NCBI GenBank assembly: GCA_903884815.1
Contig: CAISGE010000043.1
Coordinates: 701 to 64,700 of the forward strand
Source: Candidatus Omnitrophota bacterium
GTDB taxonomy: Bacteria > Omnitrophota > Omnitrophia > Omnitrophales > Aquincolibacteriaceae
Direction of reading: 5' to 3'
Length of the DNA stretch: 64,000 bases
The notes below the pieces were generated by a model that saw only the letters and a list, made by a program, of their open reading frames with translations, did no database searches and had not been told where the DNA came from. This document shows positions 17,001 through 28,532 of the stretch, one piece after another (within the stretch, counting starts at the first letter, position 1; the number at the start of each line of letters is the position of its first letter). The position numbers and the translations under genes were made by a program.

Positions 17001-18746
17001 ATGCTAAAACCAAAACTCTTCACCACACTTAAGAATTATTCCTGGGCTCAGTTTCGTGCCGACGGTATCGCCGGTGTTATCGTCGGCGTCGTGGCCTTCC
17101 CTCTCGCGATCGCTTTTGCCATCGCCTCGGGCGTTTCCCCGGACAAAGGTCTCGTCACGGCCGTTATCGCCGGCCTCATCATCTCCGGTCTCGGAGGCAG
17201 TCGCGTACAGATCGGCGGACCGACCGGCGCGTTCGTCGTGATCGTTTACAGCATTCTCCAGAAATTCGGCATGGACGGCCTCCTGGTTGCGACGATCATG
17301 GGCGGGATCATCCTTGTGGCCATGGGCCTTTTCCGCTTTGGCTCTATCATCAAGTTCATTCCCTATCCGGTGATTGTCGGTTTCACAAGCGGGATCGCGG
17401 TCATCATCTTCTCTTCCCAGATCCGCGACTTTCTCGGCCTGACCATGTACACGGTCCCGGCGCCCTTCGTCGAAAAATGGGGCGCGTACGCCCAGGCCTT
17501 TCACACGCTCGATTTTGCCGCGCTCGCGATCGGTCTTTTTTCGCTCCTGATCCTCATCCTCTGGAAGAAAGTCTCGAACCGCATTCCCGCGGCCCTGGTC
17601 GCGCTGATCGCCTCCACCCTGATCGTTCATTATTTTAAGATTCCCGTCGAAACGATCGGCAGCCGGTTCGGGGAGATCCCGAACTCCCTGCCGCATCCCG
17701 TATTTCCCGTGATCCACTGGAAAACCCTTGGGGCACTTTTGCCGAGCGCCATCACGATCGCGGTCCTCGCGGGCATGGAATCGCTTCTTTCGGCCGTCGT
17801 GGCGGACGGCATGATCGGAGGCAAACACCGGCCGAACATGGAGCTTATCGCCCAGGGGATCGCAAATATCGCTTCCCCGCTTTTTGGCGGTATCCCGGCC
17901 ACCGGCGCGATCGCGCGCACCGCAACGAATGTCCATAACGGCGGCCGCACACCGATCGCGGGACTCATCCATGCGTTAGTCCTTTTTATCATCATGTTCT
18001 TTCTCGGGAAATGGATCGCTTGGGTGCCGCTTTCCTGTCTCGCAGCGATATTAATCATCGTGGCCTATAACATGAGCGAACGAAAATCCTTCGCGATGAT
18101 TCTGCGGAGTCCCAAAAGCGATGTCGCGGTGCTTCTTGCGACCTTTCTTTTGACGGTCTTCGTCGATCTCACTGTCGCGATCCAGGCGGGCCTTTTCCTC
18201 GCAATGCTCCTTTTTATGCGGCGCATGGCGATGGTCACGAATGTGGGTCTTATCACGGAGGAGTTAAACGATCAGGAGGATACGGACGACCCAAACGCGG
18301 TAAGCAAGCGCAAGGTCCCGCCCAAAACTGAAGTGTATGAGATCAACGGGCCCTTCTTTTTCGGAGCGTCTTATAAATTCATGGAAGCGATGAACGACAT
18401 CGGCGTGAAATCCAAAGTCCGCATCATCCGCATGCGCAATGTCTTTGCGCTCGACGCGACGGGGCTCCACACACTGACCGAAGCTTACAAAACTTTCAAA
18501 CGAAGCGGGATCACGCTTATCATCGCGGACCTTCACGCCCAACCTTTGGTCGCGATGGAGCGTTCGGGACTTCTGGAGGAGATCGGAGAGAATAATATTT
18601 TCGGGAATATCGACGAAGCCCTGAACCGCGCCCGGGAGATCCTGGGACTGCCCCAGGTCCCCAGTTCCGTTCCTTTCATCCCGACCGTTGCACGCGAGGG
18701 GGGACTCCCGGCACCCAGAAACAGCAGCAATCAAGCGGAGTTTTAA
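17001..18746 (+). CDS. SulP/SLC26 anion permease with STAS domain
   Basis: GGSRVQIGGPTGAF, GAIARTATN, STAS motifs GPFFFGA and DATG. Confidence 0.95.
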   Translation: MLKPKLFTTLKNYSWAQFRADGIAGVIVGVVAFPLAIAFAIASGVSPDKGLVTAVIAGLIISGLGGSRVQIGGPTGAFVVIVYSILQKFGMDGLLVATIMGGIILVAMGLFRFGSIIKFIPYPVIVGFTSGIAVIIFSSQIRDFLGLTMYTVPAPFVEKWGAYAQAFHTLDFAALAIGLFSLLILILWKKVSNRIPAALVALIASTLIVHYFKIPVETIGSRFGEIPNSLPHPVFPVIHWKTLGALLPSAITIAVLAGMESLLSAVVADGMIGGKHRPNMELIAQGIANIASPLFGGIPATGAIARTATNVHNGGRTPIAGLIHALVLFIIMFFLGKWIAWVPLSCLAAILIIVAYNMSERKSFAMILRSPKSDVAVLLATFLLTVFVDLTVAIQAGLFLAMLLFMRRMAMVTNVGLITEELNDQEDTDDPNAVSKRKVPPKTEVYEINGPFFFGASYKFMEAMNDIGVKSKVRIIRMRNVFALDATGLHTLTEAYKTFKRSGITLIIADLHAQPLVAMERSGLLEEIGENNIFGNIDEALNRAREILGLPQVPSSVPFIPTVAREGGLPAPRNSSNQAEF

Positions 18747-18754
18747 GTGCTCTG

Positions 18755-18795
18755 CCCTTCTAATTCCCGGAATTGAATTCCCGGAATTAGAAGGG
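18755..18795. repeat. Short palindrome with internal tandem AATTCCCGGAATT
   Basis: CCCTTCTAATTCC...GGAATTAGAAGGG; related AATTCCCGG...CCGGGAATT hairpin at about 22003-22035. Confidence 0.6.
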
Positions 18796-18848
18796 TTGTG
18801 AGAAATCGCTTTGACAAACTTTCGGGCCTCATGGCAAGATAGCATCCC

Positions 18849-20424
<1,576 letters not shown>

Positions 20425-20426
<2 letters not shown>

Positions 20427-20551
20427 AACTCCAAAAACCAAGATACAAGAACCAAGTAAATTCCAAAAACTAATAATCAAACGGCCAGTTTGGATATTGG
20501 GATTTGGCGATTGGGGATTGTTTGGTTATTGTTTCTTGGAGTTTGGTTATT
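20425..20551. repeat. Heptamer-periodic inverted repeat, AAACCAA/TTGG class
   Basis: A/C-rich arm AAACTCCAAAAACCAAGATACAAGAACCAA mirrored by T/G-rich arm TTGTTTCTTGGAGTTTGG; begins at the permease stop codon. Confidence 0.7.
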
Positions 20552-20609
20552 TGAGAACGTCTCGCAATGAGCGTTCGAAGGAATGTTTGGAAAAGGAATC
20601 GACTGGGGC

Positions 20610-21848
20610 TTAAGTGGGTTCTGCCGATTTCTTCATCCAGCGTTTTCCGCCGAGGATGCGGGCAATCAGCATGCTGACCACATTGCTGCCGACCGCGTTG
20701 ACCAGGGTTGCCGGCGGATCGACAAGCGTGCCGACCATAGAAATGACCGGAAGCGCTTCCGGCGGGAATCCGTAAAGTGTCACGATCAGAAGTTCCCCAA
20801 GAAATCCGCCTCCCGGGATACCCGTCATCACGATCCCGCTGAGAAGCGCAATGCCAAGGGCCGTGACGATCGTCCCGATCCCCGCGAACTTCATCCCGAA
20901 AAAGCTGAAGAGAAGCGCGATCTTCACAACCGCGGAAATACAGGTGCCGTCCATGTGAACCGTCGCACCGATCGGGATCACGATCTTTGAGATATCCCGC
21001 GGGACGCCGATCCTGTCTGCCGCTTCGATATTGGACGGGATGGTCGCGAGACTGCTTCCGGTTCCGAGCGCGGTCAGCGACGCGGGAATAATATTTCTCC
21101 AGAAAGCCCTGACGCCGTTCCCTCCCCCCGCGATCAGCGCGTAGAAAGAAAATCCAAGGAAAAAATAGAGGATCGAGATCGGATAATAAAGCGCGACAAC
21201 CCGGAGGTAAGAGCCCAGCAAGGTGGGGCCGAACACTCCCGTCAAATACGCGAAATAAGCACCGAGTCCGACCGGCGCGTAATACATGATGAGATGGATC
21301 GCTTTCATCATGACCTTGTTGCCGGACACCAGAACGTTCACGAAGGGCTTGCCGTCCTCGCGCGCCAGGGATGCCGAAAGACCGACCAGGAGCGAAAACA
21401 CGATCAGGGCCAGCATGTTCTCTTTAGAAAGCAGGTGAACGAAATCAGGCACCGTAAAAGCCCGGACCAGCTGTTCGACGGTTTTCACCTGCGTGATGGC
21501 AACGCCCCCGTGAAAAACAGGATGATCCACCAGCGCCGGCGGATAAAGCTTCACCCCCAGGATCATGAGAGACGCGGAAACAAGTCCTGTCGCGACAAAG
21601 AGTGTCATCATCAAGGTCATGATCTTCCCCAGGCGGTGAAGGTCGGACATCTCGGCGATCGCGGAGGAAATAGAAAAGAAAACGAGCGGCACGACGGCGG
21701 TAAAAAGCAGGTTGAGGAAAATATCGCCGAGCGGCTTGAGGACCGCGGCTTTTTCCTTGAAGACAAGCCCGAGCCCCGCGCCGAGGGCGATGGAGAAAAG
21801 CAATATTAGCGAGAAAGAGTAGTTTTTCAGAAAATTTTTATGGCTCAT
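20610..21848 (-). CDS. Dicarboxylate/amino acid:cation symporter (DAACS)
   Basis: LKPLGDIFLNLL, TGSSLATIP, PIGATVHMDGT, GIPGGG. Confidence 0.93.
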   Translation of the reverse strand: MSHKNFLKNYSFSLILLFSIALGAGLGLVFKEKAAVLKPLGDIFLNLLFTAVVPLVFFSISSAIAEMSDLHRLGKIMTLMMTLFVATGLVSASLMILGVKLYPPALVDHPVFHGGVAITQVKTVEQLVRAFTVPDFVHLLSKENMLALIVFSLLVGLSASLAREDGKPFVNVLVSGNKVMMKAIHLIMYYAPVGLGAYFAYLTGVFGPTLLGSYLRVVALYYPISILYFFLGFSFYALIAGGGNGVRAFWRNIIPASLTALGTGSSLATIPSNIEAADRIGVPRDISKIVIPIGATVHMDGTCISAVVKIALLFSFFGMKFAGIGTIVTALGIALLSGIVMTGIPGGGFLGELLIVTLYGFPPEALPVISMVGTLVDPPATLVNAVGSNVVSMLIARILGGKRWMKKSAEPT

Positions 21849-21857
21849 TTCTATCCT

Positions 21858-21930
21858 CGGGAAACGGGGAACGGGTAACGGAGAACGAAAAAGATATTAC
21901 ATTCCCCGTTTACCGACGGACGTTCCCCGG
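21858..21930. repeat. Heptamer-periodic inverted repeat, GGAACGG class
   Basis: GGAAACG GGGAACG GGTAACG GAGAACG...CGTTTAC...CGTTCCCCG. Confidence 0.75.
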
Positions 21931-22045
21931 TGCGTCGCTTTGTGGCGCATATTGTATTTGATTCCCGCCAGAAAATCAGTAAGCTTCATGCGTCACCCCA
22001 TTAATTCCCGGCCTTTCGCGAAAGACCGGGAATTGGAAAGGGCTT

Positions 22046-23278
22046 ATGGAAGCAAAAAATCCGGATTCGAAACGCAAAGCCCTTCATCTCATTCTCCTTT
22101 TCGGCCTCGTCAGCCTCTTCGGGGACATTATTTATGAGGGTGCCCGGAGCGTCAACGGGCCTTACCTCAAAGTCCTGGGGGCCAACGCCCTGACGGTCGG
22201 TCTCATCGCGGGGCTCGGCGAATTCATGGGCTACGGAATCCGCCTCCTCTCCGGATATTTTTCGGATAAAACGAAATCCTACTGGTTTTTCACGATCGCC
22301 GGTTACTCGCTGCTGATCAGCGTCCCGCTCCTCGCACTCACCGGTTTCTGGAAAATGGCGGCACTTCTCATGGTGATGGAACGCATTGGCAAGGCTATCC
22401 GGAGTCCGGCAAAAGACACGATCCTCTCACAAGCCACAAAACAGGTCGGCACGGGATTCGGGTTCGGTCTCAACGAAGCCATGGACCAGATTGGGGCGAT
22501 CGTGGGGCCGCTTCTTTTCACCGTCGCGTTCCTGGGCACGGCCCAGGCTGAAAAAGGCCTCCGGGATTATCAGGCGGGCTATCACCTGCTGTGGCTGCCC
22601 TTCTTTTTCCTTATGGCCTGCGTCCTGTTCGCGTACTGGAAGACCCCGGATCCGGAAGCCCTTGAAACCTCGGTCACCCGGAACGAATCCGAAAAACTCC
22701 CGAAGATTTTCTGGCTTTACACGGCGTTCAGTTTCTTCGCGACCGCGGGCTTTGTGAGCTTTGTCCTGATGGCCTATCACTTTAAATCGAAGCATGTCCT
22801 CTCCGACGCGCAGATTCCGCTTTTCTACGCGGTTGCGATGGCCGTTGACGGCGGCGCGGCGCTTGTGATCGGGAAGCTTTATGACCGGATGAAAGAAAAG
22901 CAGAAACATGAATGGGCTGGCATCGGCACGCTTCTCATGATCCCCACGCTGTCGCTTGTGATCCCTTTCCTCTGTTTTACCACCACGCCCTGGATCGCGA
23001 TCGTGAGCATCGTTCTTTGGGGCATCGTGATGGCGGGGCATGAAACCATCATGAAGTCTACGATCGCGGACATCACGCCCCTTAAAAAACGCGGCACGGG
23101 CTACGGCATCCTGAATGTGGCCTATGGTCTCGCCATGCTCGTCGGCGGAGTCGTAATGGGTTACCTCTACGACCGCTCCCTCCCAACGCTCATGATCGGC
23201 GTCGCGGCCCTCGAACTTCTCTCGCTCCCGTTCTTCTTCGCGATGAAACGGGAAGTCGCGAAAACAGCCATCTGGTAG
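22046..23278 (+). CDS. MFS transporter
   Basis: Multiple hydrophobic segments, GYFSDK motif A, ERIGKAIRSPAKD. Confidence 0.92.
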   Translation: MEAKNPDSKRKALHLILLFGLVSLFGDIIYEGARSVNGPYLKVLGANALTVGLIAGLGEFMGYGIRLLSGYFSDKTKSYWFFTIAGYSLLISVPLLALTGFWKMAALLMVMERIGKAIRSPAKDTILSQATKQVGTGFGFGLNEAMDQIGAIVGPLLFTVAFLGTAQAEKGLRDYQAGYHLLWLPFFFLMACVLFAYWKTPDPEALETSVTRNESEKLPKIFWLYTAFSFFATAGFVSFVLMAYHFKSKHVLSDAQIPLFYAVAMAVDGGAALVIGKLYDRMKEKQKHEWAGIGTLLMIPTLSLVIPFLCFTTTPWIAIVSIVLWGIVMAGHETIMKSTIADITPLKKRGTGYGILNVAYGLAMLVGGVVMGYLYDRSLPTLMIGVAALELLSLPFFFAMKREVAKTAIW

Positions 23279-23300
23279 GGCAGGTTTAAACCTGCCCTAC
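23275..23300. repeat. GTAG-family REP-like perfect 26-bp palindrome
   Basis: GTAGGGCAGGTTTAAACCTGCCCTAC; supplies the TAG stop of the MFS gene. Confidence 0.8.
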
Positions 23301-23457
23301 AACTAAAAACCCCTCACCGAACCTCTCCGACCTTCGGACTTGAGTCTCTTATCGCTGGTCCCAGCCCCCGATTCTCCGAATCCATGCTACATTTCTCTGA
23401 GAGAATGCCGATGAGTAAGGGCGAAAATCACTGCCTTGCTCATATAGGAGAATGATC

Positions 23458-23949
23458 ATGAAAAACACGCGAAAAGGCTTCACCCTTGTTGAAGTATTGA
23501 TCGTGGTTGTTATCATCGCTATCCTGGCGTCACTCATTGTCCCCCGAATGCTGATGCAGACGGAAAAAGCCAAAGCCGCGGAAGCCGCCCAAATAGTAGG
23601 GGTTATGAAACGAGCCGCCGAAAGAAGATTCGATCAAAATAGCGGTAATGCTTATTTCTATACGACTTTCGATGGGAAAATCATTGGTCCGGGCGGAATC
23701 ATCCTTAGCGAAAATCCTCTAGACCTCATCGGGATCGAAAAATCAAAAGATTGGAGCTACACGTACGATGCTACTTCCGATTATTGGATGGTCCAGGCAC
23801 AAAGAGCCTCCGATGGGGCTGGCCTATATTACGTGTATGATCCTAATTTTGTTTACTTCGGAGGACCCCAAACTGAAGTGTGGGGCTGCAGCGGCCCTTT
23901 TAAAGATCGCAAAGATTCCAACGGCGTTGTCATCGGTTGCACGATTTAA
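23458..23949 (+). CDS. Type IV pilin-like protein
   Basis: Prepilin site KG/FTLVE, hydrophobic helix and C-terminal Cys pair; RBS spacing favours ATG 23458. Confidence 0.92.
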   Translation: MKNTRKGFTLVEVLIVVVIIAILASLIVPRMLMQTEKAKAAEAAQIVGVMKRAAERRFDQNSGNAYFYTTFDGKIIGPGGIILSENPLDLIGIEKSKDWSYTYDATSDYWMVQAQRASDGAGLYYVYDPNFVYFGGPQTEVWGCSGPFKDRKDSNGVVIGCTI

Positions 23950-24077
23950 AAACAGACTGGAATTTGCAAGCTAAAAACGCTGCCATCAGTCCCTCCACCC
24001 TTCGGACGCGAGTCTCTGGGCTGTGGTCTCTTGTCACCAGTCTCACTCCGGCCTTGCCTTAGTGCTATAATCTCCCC

Positions 24078-25145
24078 ATGAGAAAAGTGATACTGGGTAT
24101 ACTCATCAGCCTGATAGCATTCGGAACTGCGGAGGGTTATTCCATGGAAAAAGATGCCAAGAAGCCGGCCGTTTCAAAAGGGGCTCAATGCGCCCTTCCC
24201 ACAAGCGACGCTGAACTCCGGAAGCTCCTCACGCCCGAACAGTATCGCGTCATGCGTGAAAATGGCACGGAAGCGCCTTTCGTCAATGACCTCTGGAACA
24301 ATCACAAGCCCGGAATCTATGTCGACAGGATCACCGGCGAGCCTCTTTTCAGCTCTGTCGATAAATTTGATTCCGGCACCGGTTGGCCGAGCTTCATCCG
24401 CCCCATTGAAAAAGATGCCGTCACCGAAAAGGAAGACACCACTCACGGCATGGTCCGCGTCGAGGCTCGGTCGAAAAAAGGAAACTCCCATCTCGGTCAC
24501 GTCTTCCCCGATGGCCCAAAGCCGACGGGGCTCCGTTATTGCATTAATTCTGCGTCGCTGCGCTTCGTGCCTGTCGCAAACCTTGAAAAAGAAGGCTACC
24601 GAATGTATCTGACGCTCTTCGGAAAAGATCCCGAGAAAAAGAATGCGGCGGTGACCTCAAAAACAGAAACCGCCACCTTCGCCGCGGGGTGCTTCTGGGG
24701 CTCGGAGTACGCTTTCCGAAAGATCCCGGGCGTCCTCAAAACCACCGTGGGATATACCGGTGGCCACACGAAGGACCCGACCTATGAACAGGTCTGCTCC
24801 CACACGACCGGCCACGCCGAAGCCGTTCAAGTCGAATTCGATCCCGCGAAAGTATCCTACGAAAAGCTCCTGGAAACTTTTTGGGCGATGCATGATCCGA
24901 CCACCGTGAACCGCCAGGGGCCGGATATCGGGGATCAATATCGCTCCGCGGTCTTTTTTAACTCTCCGGAACAGGAAAAGGCGGCGTTGGCGCTTAAGAG
25001 CAAACTGGAAAAGTCCGAAAAGTTCAAACGGCCGGTCGTCACCGAGATTACCGCCGCACCGCGATTTTATCCCGCCGAGGAGTATCACCAGCAGTATTTC
25101 GAAAAAACCGGACAGCGGCCGCAGTGCCATCTCCCCAAAAGCTGA
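24078..25145 (+). CDS. msrAB: Exported bifunctional methionine sulfoxide reductase (MsrB-MsrA order)
   Basis: Signal peptide; MsrB motifs GWPSF, HLGHVF, RYCINS; MsrA motifs [19 protein letters not shown]. Confidence 0.95.
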   Translation: MRKVILGILISLIAFGTAEGYSMEKDAKKPAVSKGAQCALPTSDAELRKLLTPEQYRVMRENGTEAPFVNDLWNNHKPGIYVDRITGEPLFSSVDKFDSGTGWPSFIRPIEKDAVTEKEDTTHGMVRVEARSKKGNSHLGHVFPDGPKPTGLRYCINSASLRFVPVANLEKEGYRMYLTLFGKDPEKKNAAVTSKTETATFAAGCFWGSEYAFRKIPGVLKTTVGYTGGHTKDPTYEQVCSHTTGHAEAVQVEFDPAKVSYEKLLETFWAMHDPTTVNRQGPDIGDQYRSAVFFNSPEQEKAALALKSKLEKSEKFKRPVVTEITAAPRFYPAEEYHQQYFEKTGQRPQCHLPKS

Positions 25146-25219
25146 CCATAGACCATCGACTAAAGACCAAAGCAAAAATATCCGGCAATATTCTTGTGGC
25201 TAGTCGCTAGTCGTTAGTC
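25144..25219. repeat. Heptamer-periodic inverted repeat, GACCATA/CTAGTCG class
   Basis: GACCATA GACCATC GACTAAA GACCAAA...CTAGTCG CTAGTCG TTAGTC; starts at the msrAB stop. Confidence 0.7.
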
Positions 25220-25330
25220 ATCGCTCTTCGGCGCCGCTTCTTGATAAAAATTCGGGCGGTTCGTAGAGGAATAACGTATAATCCCTTCACTTCCACCATG
25301 CAGCATTCATTCTAAAATTAAGGAGAGATC

Positions 25331-26035
25331 ATGGCACTTCAAGGCTGGTTTCAATTCAAAAAAATGCGCGTGATCTTGGCTTGGAGCGCGATCCCGCTCC
25401 TTCTTCTTTGTTCCCACATGACGGACCGGAGTTTCCAGTGGGGCGCCGTCCTCATGGTGATCGGCGAAATGATCCGCTTTTGGGCGCTCGGCTTCATGGA
25501 GAAAAAAGGGCAGAAACTTGCCATGAGCGGGCCCTACGCCTTCGTGCGCAATCCTCTCTATGTCGGGAATTTCTTTCTGGGCCTGGTCGTCACCGTCATC
25601 GTCTGGAACTGGATCATCCTGGTTGTGTTTCTTGTCGGCTTTCTCGGGATCTACGCCGGGACGATCCGCGGCGAAGAAAAACATCTTCTGGAAAAGTTCG
25701 GCAAGACCTTCGAAGATTACTGCAAGAATGTCCCCTCACTTTTCCCAAGGTTCTCGCCCTATGACGCGCCGACGCGAGACGCCTTTCTGTGGAGCCGCAT
25801 CACCAAGCATCACGAGTACATCACGGTCATGGGCGTCGCCCTGATCCTTCTCCTGATCCAGCTTTACGAAAAACTTTTCCGGCTCAAAGAACCGGCCGCT
25901 GACCACAAGATGCTGATCGCGTCAGCCGTGATCGTGGTGCTCGCCCTTGCGCTCGAACGTTTATTGGTCAGTAAACTCCACATCACATTTTTTGAACGGC
26001 TCCGGGAAAAACACACGCCTTCTCAAAAATCTTAA
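25331..26035 (+). CDS. Isoprenylcysteine carboxyl/phospholipid methyltransferase family membrane protein
   Basis: SGPYAFVRNPLYVG...EEKHL..KFG..F..Y...VP. Confidence 0.9.
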   Translation: MALQGWFQFKKMRVILAWSAIPLLLLCSHMTDRSFQWGAVLMVIGEMIRFWALGFMEKKGQKLAMSGPYAFVRNPLYVGNFFLGLVVTVIVWNWIILVVFLVGFLGIYAGTIRGEEKHLLEKFGKTFEDYCKNVPSLFPRFSPYDAPTRDAFLWSRITKHHEYITVMGVALILLLIQLYEKLFRLKEPAADHKMLIASAVIVVLALALERLLVSKLHITFFERLREKHTPSQKS

Positions 26036-26044
26036 GCCTTCCCA

Positions 26045-26076
26045 AGGCCCGGTCTTTTTTTAAAGGCCGGGCCTTT
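26045..26076 (+). terminator. Rho-independent terminator-like hairpin
   Basis: AAGGCCCGGTCTTT...AAAGGCCGGGCCTTT just after the stop codon. Confidence 0.6.
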
Positions 26077-26183
26077 CATTCTCGCCACGAAAAAATTCGC
26101 TTAGCCCTCAGTAAAAAGTTGACCCGAGCGCGGCTGAGTCCCTATAATCCCTCAGATCATTTTTCTCTCGGGAGGTTTGACCC

Positions 26184-27635
26184 ATGATGGATTTTAAACA
26201 AAAGGTCCTTTGCATCGGTTTCGGCTCTGTCGGAAAATGCGCTCTGCCGATTCTCCTCGAGCACATCCGCATTCCCTACAAAAACATCACGGTCCTCGAC
26301 TTGGCCGACAAGCGCAAGGAACTCGCGCCCTGGATCAAGAAAGGCGTTGTCTTCTCCCAGGAACGCATCAACCCCATCAATATCGCCCGAACCCTTTCAA
26401 AATATGTCTCGCCCGGCGGCATGATCATCGACCTGGCGTGGAACATTGATTCGATCGACATGCTTTCCTGGTGCCATGAAAATAAAGTGCTCTACGTGAA
26501 CACTTCCGTCGAGGAATGGGACCCCTACGCCAACATCGATAAAAAAACCCCCCTGGAAAAATCGCTTTATTTCAAGCAAATGGAGATCCGCAAGATGACG
26601 GCCAAATGGAGCGACGGGGCCACGACCGCGGTGCTGGACCACGGGGCCAATCCGGGGCTGATCTCCCACTTCACGAAGCAGGGGCTTCTCGATATCGCCG
26701 AAAAAGCGACGCGCGACAAAACCACGTCCAAGCGCGACCGCAAGACCCTGGAACGTTTTATCCGCGATGAGAAATTCCACCGCCTGGCGATGAAGCTCGG
26801 GGTAAAAACCATTCACATCAGCGAGCGCGACACCCAGATCACCGATCAGCCCAAGGAAGTGGATGAATTCGTCGGAACCTGGTCGATCGAAGGGCTCCGG
26901 GAAGAAGCCATCTCCCCCTCAGAAATGGGTTGGGGCACGCATGAAAAAGAACTTCCGCTTCTGGCCACGATACCGGACTACGGCCCGCAGAACCAGATCT
27001 TCCTGTCTCAGATGGGAATGAACACCTGGGTACGCTCTTGGGTTCCTAACTACGAGATCGTCGGAATGGTCATTCGCCACGGCGAAGCCTTCTCGATCTC
27101 TGAAAAACTCACGGTGTGGAAGAACGGGAAAGCCATCTATCGCCCCACGGTCCATTACGCTTATATGCCTTGCAACGAAACCCTGGCCTCGGTCCACGAA
27201 CTCCGGTGCCGCAATTACGAGCTTCAGCCCAAATGCCGCATTATGTCCGATGAGATCGTCAAAGGCGCGGACATCCTGGGCTCGCTCATCATGGGACACA
27301 AATACAACTCCTGGTGGACGGGAAGCATCCTGACGATCGACGAAGCCCGCAAACTCGTGCCACATCAAAACGCGACCACGATCCAGGTCGCGATCGGCGT
27401 CGTCGCGGCAGCCATGTGGATGATCGAGAACCCTGGAAAAGGCGTCTGCGTCGCGGATGACCTCCCGCATAAGGAAATCCTCGCGACCGCAAAACCCTAT
27501 CTCGGAACGTTTGTTTCTGAAGTCAACGACTGGACACCTTTTGAGAATTATCAGGTGTTCTTCAAAGAGAACCTCCATTCGCACCTGGACAAGAAAAACC
27601 CCTGGTGCTTTAAGAACTTTCTTTTTAAACCCTGA
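26184..27635 (+). CDS. hss: Homospermidine synthase
   Basis: IGFGSVG, HGANPGLISHF, ISERDTQ, TWSIEG..EE, SEMGWGTHE, YRPTVHYAY, QNATTIQV. Confidence 0.92.
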   Translation: MMDFKQKVLCIGFGSVGKCALPILLEHIRIPYKNITVLDLADKRKELAPWIKKGVVFSQERINPINIARTLSKYVSPGGMIIDLAWNIDSIDMLSWCHENKVLYVNTSVEEWDPYANIDKKTPLEKSLYFKQMEIRKMTAKWSDGATTAVLDHGANPGLISHFTKQGLLDIAEKATRDKTTSKRDRKTLERFIRDEKFHRLAMKLGVKTIHISERDTQITDQPKEVDEFVGTWSIEGLREEAISPSEMGWGTHEKELPLLATIPDYGPQNQIFLSQMGMNTWVRSWVPNYEIVGMVIRHGEAFSISEKLTVWKNGKAIYRPTVHYAYMPCNETLASVHELRCRNYELQPKCRIMSDEIVKGADILGSLIMGHKYNSWWTGSILTIDEARKLVPHQNATTIQVAIGVVAAAMWMIENPGKGVCVADDLPHKEILATAKPYLGTFVSEVNDWTPFENYQVFFKENLHSHLDKKNPWCFKNFLFKP

Positions 27636-27646
27636 GAATCCTGTCC

Positions 27647-28108
27647 ATGCCAACGACAAGCCTCTGCGCAGAGCATCAGCAACCCGGCCAGGGAAATTGC
27701 GCCGCATGCCAGAAGAGTCTCTGCAATGCCTGCACGATACGCCTTTCCCAGGGACGGACGCTTTGCGCTTCCTGCTTTAACTCTCAAGCCTCCGGGGCGG
27801 GAGAAGCATCCCTGGCGGCCTACCGAAAAACCTGGACGCAATTCAAATGGTTCCAGATCCTCGGTGTCCCTGCGACCATCGCGTTTGTTTATTTCTTGAA
27901 TAAGGCCAATTCCCTTAGCTGCGCTTTCCGGATAGATGCCTATCTTTATTTCCTTATACCGCTCCCCATCGTCACCTATCTTTATTTTTTCTTTAAACTG
28001 CGCTGCCCTTCATGCCGCAGCTATGTGCTTTTTTATTTCGGTAACAGCATCTTGGAGTCCGTCCGGTCCAAGTTCTGCCCTCGCTGCGGCCAACAGTTGA
28101 AAGCCTGA
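27647..28108 (+). CDS. Membrane protein with B-box-like and zinc-ribbon motifs
   Basis: CxxH..CxxC..CxxC..CxxC N-terminus, two TM helices, CPSC and CPRCG. Confidence 0.75.
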   Translation: MPTTSLCAEHQQPGQGNCAACQKSLCNACTIRLSQGRTLCASCFNSQASGAGEASLAAYRKTWTQFKWFQILGVPATIAFVYFLNKANSLSCAFRIDAYLYFLIPLPIVTYLYFFFKLRCPSCRSYVLFYFGNSILESVRSKFCPRCGQQLKA

Positions 28109-28116
28109 TTTCGCCC

Positions 28117-28464
28117 ATGATCAAAAAAAAGAATGAACGGGAAGTCGAAGTCCGCCAGCACATGCGCGGAGGCGAGGGCGCCGTGACCGTCCGCCACTAT
28201 TTCAAGCCCGAGGAGATCAAAGTCGCGACGCGACTTTGCGCGGAGCTTTTGCTCCCTCCCGGCACGGACATCGGCCTTCACGACCATGTGAACGAAGATG
28301 AGATCTATATCATTCAAAAAGGGCGGGGGCTCATGACCGACGGCGGCAAAGAATTCCAGGTTGAAGCTGGGGACGCCATCCTCACCGGCCAGGGCGCCTC
28401 GCATTCCATCAAAAACACCGGCACGGAAGATCTCGTCATCACGGCCGTCATCATCAAGTACTAA
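28117..28464 (+). CDS. Cupin domain protein
   Basis: IGLHDHVNEDEIY...GD......SHSIKN. Confidence 0.9.
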   Translation: MIKKKNEREVEVRQHMRGGEGAVTVRHYFKPEEIKVATRLCAELLLPPGTDIGLHDHVNEDEIYIIQKGRGLMTDGGKEFQVEAGDAILTGQGASHSIKNTGTEDLVITAVIIKY

Positions 28465-28525
28465 GATTTTAAATTTTCCCGCCTTTGGACGGGACCCCGC
28501 CGCAGGCGGTGGCAAACTTTGAGAT
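28464..28525. repeat. Dispersed ~60-bp repeat, copy 1 (CCGCC/GGCGG double hairpin)
   Basis: AAATTTTCCCGCCTTTGGACGGGACCCCGCCGCAGGCGGTGGCAAA, nearly identical to the copy at ~30706. Confidence 0.8.
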
Positions 28526-28532
28526 CGTAGCC

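Noticed and set aside
23303-24028. Pilin-flanking repeats as integron attC sites
   Set aside because: They lack RYYYAAC/GTTRRRY ends and internal dyad symmetry; no integron integrase is present
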